Of a stretch of DNA of 64,000 bases, positions 49,755 through 58,105 are shown piece by piece. Location: assembly GCA_964401835.1 (NCBI GenBank), contig CAYNZP010000006.1, positions 34,020-98,019 of the forward strand, given 5' to 3'. Both the position numbers and the translations under genes were made by a program. This stretch comes from an uncultured Planctomycetaceae bacterium. Its GTDB lineage: Bacteria; Planctomycetota; Phycisphaerae; SM23-33. Under the pieces are notes generated by a model, which searched no databases, was not told where the DNA came from, and saw only the letters and a program-made list of their open reading frames with translations. Numbering within the stretch: the stretch's first letter is position 1; every line of letters begins with the position of its first letter.

Positions 49755-50141
49755 TTAGCCAACTTTGCCAACGACATAGTTGACGATTGTCTGGACCTTG
49801 AACAACTCGGCCATCTTGTTGATGTCCGGGTCCTGCTCAAAATCGCTGAAGTCGGCGTGGGGCATCTTTTCCTTCAGTTCGGCCAGGCCTACATCGGTAA
49901 GTTTGCCATCCTGAACGAATTCCGGATTATTAAGAATGTTGTCCGGGAAAAGCTCGCCTCTGGGGATCTTAATGTCGAAGGCTTTTTCAAGCCTGAAGAC
50001 GATGTCCAAAAAGTCGATGGACTCGGCGCCAAGGTCACCTGTCAGAGTCGCTTGGGGGGTGACTTCGTCGTCGTCAACACCCAGAGCCTCAACCAGAGTT
50101 TCCTGAACTTTCTCGAAGACTTCTGCTTCGCTCATCGGCAT
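49755..50141 (-). CDS. acyl carrier protein (extended, 128 aa)
   Basis: Phosphopantetheine attachment motif DLGAESIDFLD. Confidence 0.75.
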   Translation of the reverse strand: MPMSEAEVFEKVQETLVEALGVDDDEVTPQATLTGDLGAESIDFLDIVFRLEKAFDIKIPRGELFPDNILNNPEFVQDGKLTDVGLAELKEKMPHADFSDFEQDPDINKMAELFKVQTIVNYVVGKVG

Positions 50142-50280
50142 AACCTGCTATCTCCTCTATTTTTTCCAAATCTAGCTTCCGGCCCTGTCTTCCATGTGCA
50201 TCGCCGGAGTCATATGTATAGGAATTTAACCGTCAAAAGTCAACTTTACAAAAACCTTTAAGGCGGACTTTAAGACTTTC

Positions 50281-50775
50281 TCAAGCTTTGCAAGCCTCCA
50301 GGGCCTCGGGGCCGCCGGCCAGCTTGAAGTTGTCTTTAAGCTGCTGGATTATCTTCTCGTCAGCCCAAGCGAGCTTGGGATCACGATCAGCCAGATTAAA
50401 ACTCTCAAGTTCCAGCCTTGCCGAAACGGTCTGGGCATCGCCAACATAGGCTGCAGCTTTGAACTTTGCGCCGCTTTCATCGATCGACATTGCCTCAATT
50501 TCACAGCGCATCATATCGCCCGGCTTGACAAAATTCGCATAACGTGCATTTCTGACTGCTTTTAGCTTCACGATGCTCTTGGCAAAATCCTGCTCAACTC
50601 GAACCAACCAGGCCGCGGACTGAACCATAGCCTCGATCATCATCACCCCCGGCAAGACAGGAAAAGCCGGAAAATGGTCGGCCAGATACTCCTCGGCAAG
50701 CGACAGCGCCTTGGTGGTCACTATTCCCTTACCGGGTTCGATAGATTCAATTTTATCTACCAGAATAAATTTCAT
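50281..50775 (-). CDS. FabZ/FabA-like hot-dog dehydratase (second copy)
   Basis: LADHFPAFPVLPGVMMIEAMVQSAAWL. Confidence 0.8.
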   Translation of the reverse strand: MKFILVDKIESIEPGKGIVTTKALSLAEEYLADHFPAFPVLPGVMMIEAMVQSAAWLVRVEQDFAKSIVKLKAVRNARYANFVKPGDMMRCEIEAMSIDESGAKFKAAAYVGDAQTVSARLELESFNLADRDPKLAWADEKIIQQLKDNFKLAGGPEALEACKA

Positions 50776-50880
50776 TTTTTGCCCTGTAAATAATTTGGAT
50801 TTGGGGCCTTTTATTCACTTTTTGCCCTTTATGCAAGACTTTTTTGTTTTCACAGGTCCTAATTTAGCCTGGCAAAAGGG

Positions 50881-51996
50881 TTAAGACGCCAAATCGACCA
50901 GGATATCCAACCCTTCGGCGAGTTTCTCATCGCTCGTTGCATACGATATCCTGAAGTGGCTGTCCTGCTTGGAAAATACATTCCCGGGAATTACCAAAAC
51001 ATTCTTCTCTATTGCCTTTTTGACGAAATCAGTGGCATTTCCGCCCGGAGCCGGAACAAAGGAATAAAACGCCCCGCCGGGTTTTGTAAGCCCAAAGGCC
51101 GGACTCAGCTTTTCGAATACCATGTCACGTTTTCTCTTATAGTCCCCCACCTGCTTCGACATATCTGTATTGAGAGCTACCACCCCTGCCGGCTGGGCCA
51201 TGCTCGGAGCACAGACAAAGCTGTACTGTTGCAGCATGGTCATCTTTTCGATTATCGGCCTGGGCCCGGTGCACCAGCCAAGCCGCCACCCCGTCATGGC
51301 ATAACTCTTCGAGAAGCCTCGCATCAGCAATGTATTCTCGTATATCGATGCCATGGAGACAAAGGGCTCGTCGTAACAAAAAAGATTGTATATTTCGTCG
51401 GAAATAACTAGCAGGTCGTGGGTGGCTGCGATCTCGGCGATTGCCCTCAGCTCATCCTCGCTATAAATAGCACCGGTCGGGTTGGCAGGTGAGTTTACTA
51501 TCAGCATTCGGGTCTTGTCAGTGATTGCGGCCTCGATTTTTTCCGGGCTCGGCCTGAAGTCCGGATAAGTGTCCACCGGAACCGGCACACCGCCAGCAAG
51601 ATTGACCAGGTGAGAGTACATCACGAAATACGGATCGGCGAATACGACCTCCTGGCCGGGATCGACCAGTGTCAGCATCGCCAGCATCAACGCTCCACTG
51701 ACTCCGGAGGTTATCAGGTAAGGCCTTTCATTATCCCAGCCAAACTCTTGTCCGCACGCTTGTGCGATGGCTTGACGAAGTTCGAGAGTTCCCTGAGTCT
51801 GCGTATAGCGGTTCTCGCCACGCCTGATCGCCTCAATTGCCTCGTCTTTGATACCTTGGGGCACTTCAAAGTCAGGCTGACCGATAGAAAGATTTATCGG
51901 ATCTTTCATCTTCGTAGCCAGATCAAACACCTTGCGTATGCCAGAGGCGTCAATCAGATTCATTCGATTCGATATTGAATTGATCTTTTCGCTCAT
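50881..51996 (-). CDS. class I/II PLP-dependent aminotransferase (AspAT-like)
   Basis: NPTGAIYSEDEL. PLP-Lys region GFSKSYAMTGWRLGW. Confidence 0.85.
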   Translation of the reverse strand: MSEKINSISNRMNLIDASGIRKVFDLATKMKDPINLSIGQPDFEVPQGIKDEAIEAIRRGENRYTQTQGTLELRQAIAQACGQEFGWDNERPYLITSGVSGALMLAMLTLVDPGQEVVFADPYFVMYSHLVNLAGGVPVPVDTYPDFRPSPEKIEAAITDKTRMLIVNSPANPTGAIYSEDELRAIAEIAATHDLLVISDEIYNLFCYDEPFVSMASIYENTLLMRGFSKSYAMTGWRLGWCTGPRPIIEKMTMLQQYSFVCAPSMAQPAGVVALNTDMSKQVGDYKRKRDMVFEKLSPAFGLTKPGGAFYSFVPAPGGNATDFVKKAIEKNVLVIPGNVFSKQDSHFRISYATSDEKLAEGLDILVDLAS

Positions 51997-52097
51997 TGGA
52001 CGAGATTTTTACGGCACGTTTTGGGCTAAGAAAACCGCCCGTCCCAATGGGACGAGCGGAACTGTCGAAATATCTTTATTCAGGCAGCGGAATTATT

Positions 52098-52370
52098 TTA
52101 TTCAGCTTTTTCCTCAGCAGGTGCTTCCGCAGCTTCTGCTCCTTCTACACCTTCTGCAGCTTCGGGGGCTGCTTCTTCGGCGGCGGCCTTCTTGGATTTG
52201 CTGCCAGCCTTGGATTGGCGCACCTTTGTCTTCTGCAGGCCTATAGGAGAGTCCTTGTCCGGGTCAAACTTACCTTCTTCTGTCATCATGGCAATCCGCT
52301 CCGCACGCGTCAGTACGCTACGAACCCCTTTAAGCCCGCCATGAACCTTCAATGTTCTGTCAATCGACAT
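52098..52370 (-). CDS. small basic protein (Planctomycetes-type 'Sbp'-like), 90 aa
   Basis: N-terminus MSIDRTLKVHGGLKGVRSVLTRAERI, followed by a Lys/Ala/Glu-rich tail. The family assignment is from memory only. Confidence 0.5.
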   Translation of the reverse strand: MSIDRTLKVHGGLKGVRSVLTRAERIAMMTEEGKFDPDKDSPIGLQKTKVRQSKAGSKSKKAAAEEAAPEAAEGVEGAEAAEAPAEEKAE

Positions 52371-52414
52371 CTTTTAAACTCCGAAAATAATAAAGTTAAA
52401 CTTCTTCTCTCTTA

Positions 52415-53161
52415 TTAGTTATGTGGAAGATACCAGGGATTTTCTGGATCGTTCTGCTTAAAATTGTAAGTCCTGAATTTCTTAAAATAAAGTTTCCCGA
52501 CATTTTCAATCAGCCCGGCATGCTCAAGAGCACCATCACTACTGCCAGAGTCGAATCCAGTCAAAGACCAGACAGCGACTTTCTTACGCCTTGGAAATTC
52601 AACTACGTCGGCATACTCACCATGCTGCTTACAGAAATCTACGATTCTCCAAGCCTCAGCCTGATCCTGCGGGCTGTTGCCTTTGAGTTCCTGTATTACA
52701 AGGTACCATTTACCTGTTTGTCTTACGCCGCCAGCAGAGGAACCTGCAGCTTCCGAGGCTGATGCATTGCCAGCATCACCCATCAGGTCCGTGTTCAGTG
52801 CCGCGTCCAGGCTGTCGGTAACTGGCGCCGAAGGCTGGGCAGTTTTACGTCCCAACATAAAAGCAGCCGCTATTACCAGCACCAATACAACTGCAATGAC
52901 GGTTCCGCCTGTATAACTCAGCGACAATTGTAACCGACCCTCGGTTGTAGATACAACAGGTGCAGAACCTTCCTTCTGCTGGCTCGACACGCCGCCGAGG
53001 GGTTTCAATTTCGGCCGGGCTGTCGGCTCGAGGCTCGCAGCACTTTCGTCATTTTTATTGTCCATCCACCCCGGAACGTCAAGTCCAGACTCCGAGTCAG
53101 ACTGTCTTGCCTTCGAGATGACCTCGAACAAGGCTGCTGAGTCTTTTCTCTTAGCCACCAT
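52415..53161 (-). CDS. hypothetical membrane-anchored protein with a possible SPOR-like C-terminal domain
   Basis: One TM helix mid-protein. The C-terminal ~80 aa has a beta-alpha-beta-beta-alpha-beta-like pattern (GKWYLVIQELKG...VAVWSLTGF). Weak. Confidence 0.45.
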   Translation of the reverse strand: MVAKRKDSAALFEVISKARQSDSESGLDVPGWMDNKNDESAASLEPTARPKLKPLGGVSSQQKEGSAPVVSTTEGRLQLSLSYTGGTVIAVVLVLVIAAAFMLGRKTAQPSAPVTDSLDAALNTDLMGDAGNASASEAAGSSAGGVRQTGKWYLVIQELKGNSPQDQAEAWRIVDFCKQHGEYADVVEFPRRKKVAVWSLTGFDSGSSDGALEHAGLIENVGKLYFKKFRTYNFKQNDPENPWYLPHN

Positions 53162-53366
53162 TGCGCTCCTCTCTGCCTGACCGGCAGCAATTTAAGGTAA
53201 CCTGTAAACCAAGGGAATCTAACCAACAAGCCCCGAACTGTCAAGGTTTCTGTGTTCTTTACTTGCCCCCCTTGACGCTGATGGCAGGGTAAACTAGACT
53301 TGGCGTTTGAGTAGTTTAGCAAGACTTTTATATCGGCTTAAGGGCCGAGTTAAGGAAAACCAGGCA

Positions 53367-54143
53367 ATGGCAAATGGCTTCATAGGTGATTTCAGGAGAT
53401 TCTTTGTCCGCGGGCTTGCGGTCGTACTACCTCCGCTGCTTACAATTGTTATCCTGGTCTGGATTTTCAGATGGGTAAATAATTACATAGCCCAATATAC
53501 CAATATCGCCGCCCAGTGGGTTGTCGTTCAGTATCTGGCAATAATGGAAAAGGTACCCTTCAGCCTGGCTGGAAAAAATGAACTTTGGGATGCTACAAAA
53601 GCTCTCTGGGAACAATACCATCTTTGGTGGATAGGCTTTATTTTAGCATTTGCAGGCATTTATGTGCTTGGCAAATTCATGGCTTCCTTCCTCGGCAGAG
53701 GCACATGGCGGATTATCGAACGAACTTTCTTCAGTCTGCCCGGAATCAAGGCGATATATCCATATGTCAAGCAAGTAACAGACTTTCTGTTATCTGAGCA
53801 GCGAGTGGAATTTTCCCGCGTTGTTGCTGTAGAATATCCACGTAAGGGACTTTGGTCGATCGGGCTCGTAACCGGCCCCGGCATGCGGAAATTAAGGAGC
53901 GCCGCAAACAGCGATTTGCTGACAATTTTTATTCCATCAAGTCCTACGCCGGTTACCGGGTATACAATTACAGTGAAGAAGGATGAAGTTATCGACCTGC
54001 CAATAACCATTGAAGAAGCACTTAAATTCACGGTTAGCGGGGGCGTGATTATGCCAATAAATCAAATGTTGAGCGAAGCGGAAATAGACAAGGCCAGACA
54101 GGGCGTATTTCCCGCTTCTCAGCGAAAGGAGACGCAAGAGTGA
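53367..54143 (+). CDS. DUF502 family membrane protein
   Basis: LAVVLPPLLTIVILVWIF ... SRVVAVEYPRKGLWSIGLVTG ... IPSSPTPVTGYTITV. ATG at 53367 with an AAGGA SD. The ORF-track start at 53307 is less likely. Confidence 0.7.
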   Translation: MANGFIGDFRRFFVRGLAVVLPPLLTIVILVWIFRWVNNYIAQYTNIAAQWVVVQYLAIMEKVPFSLAGKNELWDATKALWEQYHLWWIGFILAFAGIYVLGKFMASFLGRGTWRIIERTFFSLPGIKAIYPYVKQVTDFLLSEQRVEFSRVVAVEYPRKGLWSIGLVTGPGMRKLRSAANSDLLTIFIPSSPTPVTGYTITVKKDEVIDLPITIEEALKFTVSGGVIMPINQMLSEAEIDKARQGVFPASQRKETQE

Positions 54144-54493
54144 ATATTAACCTAAAGTGCCGTCACATGGACGTCACGGCAGCAATGAAAGAGTACGCTG
54201 AAACAAAGATTTCAAAGCTGACAAAGTACTACGATAACCTCCATTCCGTCGAGGTTATTTTTGATATCGAGGCAGAGCAACCCCTTGTAGAAATAATCGT
54301 AACTGCTTCCCGCAAAGCAACTTTCGTCGCCACCCATCGAAACGATGACCTGTATGCCTGTATTGATGTCTGCTCAGATAAGATATCCCAGCAATTAAGG
54401 CGTCATAAGGATAAGGTCAGAAACCGCCATAGCGCACCCCTGAGTGAGACGAGCATGTCCCAAAGCAAAACGCTCGAGTCAGAAGGCGAATAG
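54140..54493 (+). CDS. hpf: ribosome hibernation promoting factor (HPF/RaiA, sigma-54 modulation protein family)
   Basis: MNINLKCRHMDVTAAMKEYAETKISKL ... YACIDVCSDKI. GTG start with AAGGAG 8 nt upstream. Overlaps the DUF502 stop (GTGA). Confidence 0.85.
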   Translation: MNINLKCRHMDVTAAMKEYAETKISKLTKYYDNLHSVEVIFDIEAEQPLVEIIVTASRKATFVATHRNDDLYACIDVCSDKISQQLRRHKDKVRNRHSAPLSETSMSQSKTLESEGE

Positions 54494-54702
54494 GTAGTAT
54501 TCCGGCATATTATCGCCAGCATCCACTAGCGGGGAAGAAGGAAAAAAGTTAAACTCTTATCCGTCAAGCTGTACACTTTGGGCGCCTGTATATGTTTGGA
54601 CAAGGCCAGGTGGTTTCATGAAAACGTCCAAAACCTGTGGCTGCAGGTAATGAAAAAGAAAATTAGTTGAGAATAAACCATAGATAGTAGCAGGAGTAAC
54701 GA

Positions 54703-55170
54703 ATGAAACTTTCGGATATTGTGGTAGCTGACGCCATTGTGCCAGAACTCGATTCAAAAAACCGTAACGAAGCAATTACAGAGCTTATCGGGGCCTTGGC
54801 CTCTGCCGGTGCGATTGCAAAGAAAAATGTCCCGGAGATAACCAAGGCTGTTTTGTCAAGAGAATCTCAGGCGACAACTGGCATTGGTAAAGGCGTAGCC
54901 CTTCCGCACGCAAAGATGAAGGGAATCAAAAAACCAATTTGCACCTTTGGCCGCAGCTCAGAGGGAATTGACTTTTCGGCTTTGGATTCCAAGCCGGTCT
55001 ATTCTGTTATCCTTCTTCTCTCGAGCCCCGATAATCCGGATGAGCACCTCCAGGCTATGGAAACGATATTTAAGCACGTTCAGCGGGATATCTTCAGAAA
55101 ATTCCTTCGCCAGAGCGAAACCAAGGAAGCTATCGAAGATCTTATTAAGGAAGCTGACGAACAGAGTTAA
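54703..55170 (+). CDS. ptsN: PTS EIIA(Ntr)-type protein
   Basis: GKGVALPHAKMKG ... SVILLLSSP is the EIIA-fructose/nitrogen fold. AGGAG SD. Confidence 0.8.
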   Translation: MKLSDIVVADAIVPELDSKNRNEAITELIGALASAGAIAKKNVPEITKAVLSRESQATTGIGKGVALPHAKMKGIKKPICTFGRSSEGIDFSALDSKPVYSVILLLSSPDNPDEHLQAMETIFKHVQRDIFRKFLRQSETKEAIEDLIKEADEQS

Positions 55171-55233
55171 TAAAAACCGGGCCTGACTTGCCTGAATTGG
55201 TAAAGCGGCTTGGAAATAAATCGGTATGAACAA

Positions 55234-55515
55234 TTGGCTACTGTCGAATGCGAAGTAAAAATTCCGAATAAATACGGCCTGCATGCAAGACCTGCGATGC
55301 AGCTTGTTGAAATTGCGAATCAGTTCAATAGCAAAGTTGAAGTTAGTACGGATGCGTTGACTGTTGATGCCAAGAGCATTATGTCTGTAATGAGGCTCGC
55401 TGCGACGAAGGGAACCGTATTAAAAATCGTTGCTGACGGGAGCGACTCTGAGCAGGCTGCCAAGGCCTTGGCGAAGTTGATAAAAGCCGGCTTCGGGGAA
55501 ATGGAAGACGAATAG
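55234..55515 (+). CDS. ptsH: HPr/NPr phosphocarrier protein
   Basis: VKIPNKYGLHARPA carries the His phosphorylation site. Start is uncertain between TTG at 55234 and TTG at 55210. Confidence 0.75.
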   Translation: MATVECEVKIPNKYGLHARPAMQLVEIANQFNSKVEVSTDALTVDAKSIMSVMRLAATKGTVLKIVADGSDSEQAAKALAKLIKAGFGEMEDE

Positions 55516-55601
55516 TTTTCCAGGACATTTCGGCGTTTATCGGCATTTGTCAGAAAAATAGCATTCGCCCCGGCAGAATCGGGCAATTGGAATAAAATTT
55601 T

Positions 55602-57344
55602 ATGAAAATCAAAAAGGGCATCGGCGTTTCACCGGGCGTGGCATTCGGCCCCGCCGTGGTGCTGGATACTGAGGAGTTTGAAATTCCTCAGCGTCATGTG
55701 CCCGTTGACCATGCCCAGGCTGAATTCACTCGACTGAAAAAAGCCATTTCCGTATCCAAGAGCGAGATCAAGGACCTTCAAAAACGTAGTGCTGAGAGAC
55801 TTGGCAAGGAAACCGCGAGGATTTTTGATTTCCACCTCGGCATGCTCGATGACAAAGACCTTCAGAAAAAGTTCTCCGAGACGATACTTGGCGGAAATGT
55901 TACTGCTGAATATGCGGTCGCTACGGTACTGAGAGGTTATGCTAAAGAATTTCACACAATGCCGGACTACTTTGCGGACCGCGTAAAGGACGTCTACGAT
56001 ATAGAAAAACGTCTTCTCAGGAATCTAATCGGCCAGCACCGCCAGTCTCTCTCGCATCTCAAGCAGGATGTTGTCGTGTTGGCTCACGATATGACTCCTT
56101 CTCAGGCGGCGGCAATGGACAGAGGGCACATCAATGCCATTGCAGTGGATGCCGGCGGTGCGACGTCTCATACCGCAATTGTCGCCCGTGCCCTGGGCAT
56201 CCCCGCCGTTGTCGGCCTAAATGACGTAACCACCGAGGCATCAGCCGGTGATACAGTCATTATTGACGGTAATCGCGGGATAGTCGTTGTTGACCCGGAT
56301 GAAAGCACCCTTGAAGAATATCGCAGCTATGCTAAACAGCAGGTCGAATTCATACACAGCCTGGACGCACTGCGAGACCTACCGGCGGTCACTCGTGACG
56401 GACATGAGATTACGCTTCTGGGCAATATCGAATTTCCCGATGAAGTGCACACCGTCATAGATAAAGGCGCCTTGGGAGTCGGGCTTTATCGTACGGAATT
56501 CCTCTATATCGGGGCTGATACCGAGCCCTCAGAAGAAGACCACTACAATGCTTACAAAAAGGTGGTCGAAACGTGTCAGAATCGGCCGGTGGTTATCCGC
56601 ACGCTAGACCTGGGTGCAGACAAATATACACAGTCGCGGGCACGAGAACCCGAGAGAAACCCGTTTTTGGGTTGCCGCAGTATCAGATTCTGTTTGCAGA
56701 ACCTTCCCATGTTCAAAACGCAGATAAGAGCAATTTTGCGGGCAAGCGTTGACGCCAACACTTCCATGCTTTTCCCGTTGATAACAAATATCCTGGAACT
56801 GCGTCAGGCCAAGACAATTGTCCGCGATGTCATAGAAGACCTCGAAGAAGAAGGAATCGAGCATCGCAACGACGTGCCGATTGGAATGATGGTCGAGGCG
56901 CCTTCAGCGGCGCTTCAGTGCGGTTCTTTCGCACAGGAGGTCGACTTCTTCTCCATAGGAACAAATGACCTCATCCAGTACACACTGGCTGTCGACAGGG
57001 GCAATGAAAGGGTCGCGTCATTATTTTCAGCCGCCCATCCGGCGGTTTTGAAGCTTATTAAAGATATTATTCGCGCAGGCCAAAGGTATGATGTGCCGGT
57101 CAGCTTGTGCGGCGAAATGGCTGGTGATCCTCAATTCACCCTGCTGCTGCTTGGTATGGGCCTGAGGGTTTTCTCATGCGCCCCGCCGGCCGTACCTGAA
57201 ATTAAGAAAGTTATCCGCTCGGTGACCCTCAAGCAGGCAATGGAGGTCGCCCGGCGTGTTATGAGCTTTGATTCGGACAACGAAACAATCAATTTCCTGC
57301 GGGCCGAGACTCGCGAACTGTTACCGGAAGTCTATCTGGAATAG
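55602..57344 (+). CDS. ptsI: phosphoenolpyruvate--protein phosphotransferase (Enzyme I)
   Basis: GGATSHTAIVARALGIPAVVG is the phospho-His domain. C-terminal PEP-utilising TIM barrel (CGEMAGDP). Confidence 0.9.
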   Translation: MKIKKGIGVSPGVAFGPAVVLDTEEFEIPQRHVPVDHAQAEFTRLKKAISVSKSEIKDLQKRSAERLGKETARIFDFHLGMLDDKDLQKKFSETILGGNVTAEYAVATVLRGYAKEFHTMPDYFADRVKDVYDIEKRLLRNLIGQHRQSLSHLKQDVVVLAHDMTPSQAAAMDRGHINAIAVDAGGATSHTAIVARALGIPAVVGLNDVTTEASAGDTVIIDGNRGIVVVDPDESTLEEYRSYAKQQVEFIHSLDALRDLPAVTRDGHEITLLGNIEFPDEVHTVIDKGALGVGLYRTEFLYIGADTEPSEEDHYNAYKKVVETCQNRPVVIRTLDLGADKYTQSRAREPERNPFLGCRSIRFCLQNLPMFKTQIRAILRASVDANTSMLFPLITNILELRQAKTIVRDVIEDLEEEGIEHRNDVPIGMMVEAPSAALQCGSFAQEVDFFSIGTNDLIQYTLAVDRGNERVASLFSAAHPAVLKLIKDIIRAGQRYDVPVSLCGEMAGDPQFTLLLLGMGLRVFSCAPPAVPEIKKVIRSVTLKQAMEVARRVMSFDSDNETINFLRAETRELLPEVYLE

Positions 57345-57402
57345 TCAGAAAAATTCAAAAATTCTCGGCCGGGGAGATTGGCAAAACTTGGAAAGGCAGA
57401 AT

Positions 57403-58086
57403 TTGTCACAGAGATGGGGTATATGGTTGGCCATTGAGGGCGACCTGCGTTTTTTGTCGCATCATGATACAATTCGTTTAATCGAACGTATCACCTCGAG
57501 GGCACAGATAGCGGTCAAGTATTCTCAGGGGTTTAATCCCCGGCCGATCTTTTCGTTAGCATCTCCTCGCTCGGTCGGAATAGCAACTGAGGGCGATTTA
57601 TTGGTGATTTCCCTCAACGAACCGCTCGAAAGCGACAAATCCCCCGAATTACTGCAACGCCTGAATGAGCAGGCGCCCAGGGGCCTGCGATTTCTGCAAG
57701 CCAGGCCCATAACAGCCAAACCTACCCCCCGCCCACGGCGGAGTTTCTATGAAATCGAACTTTCGCCGGAAAAACTGTCTGCGGTGAGTAAGAAGATCGA
57801 ACAGCTCACCAATCTGGATCTCTGGGAAATCCAACGACAAAAACCATCAAAAAAACGTGGCCGGTCTATAATGACTCGGCATATAAATTTAAAGCCGCTA
57901 GTTGAGCAACTCAAAATCGACGGAAATCTGCTTCGTATTACACTTATCCCTCAAGGCGACCTTTGGGCCCGCCCGGGAGAAGTGCTAAGGCTTCTGGGCC
58001 TGGACGAACAGACAGATCTGGCGAATGTAATTCGCTCAGAAGTCGACTACGGCTTAGGCAATGAAAACTTGGCAGCAACTGCTTAG
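57403..58086 (+). CDS. DUF2344 (TIGR03936-like) protein, often found next to RNase E/G
   Basis: LAIEGDLRFLSHHDTIRLIERITSRAQIAVKYSQGFNPRP. The start is uncertain: there is no in-frame ATG and it is probably TTG at 57403 or 57427. The track ORF overlaps ptsI. Confidence 0.55.
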   Translation: MSQRWGIWLAIEGDLRFLSHHDTIRLIERITSRAQIAVKYSQGFNPRPIFSLASPRSVGIATEGDLLVISLNEPLESDKSPELLQRLNEQAPRGLRFLQARPITAKPTPRPRRSFYEIELSPEKLSAVSKKIEQLTNLDLWEIQRQKPSKKRGRSIMTRHINLKPLVEQLKIDGNLLRITLIPQGDLWARPGEVLRLLGLDEQTDLANVIRSEVDYGLGNENLAATA

Positions 58087-58105
58087 TAGGATGCGAGATT
58101 AAAGT

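Noticed and set aside
57268-57402. 5' portion of the DUF2344 ORF overlapping the ptsI 3' end
   Set aside because: There is no in-frame ATG. DUF2344 homology starts near LAIEGDLRF. A TTG start at 57403 or 57427 is more plausible than a 75-nt overlap with ptsI.
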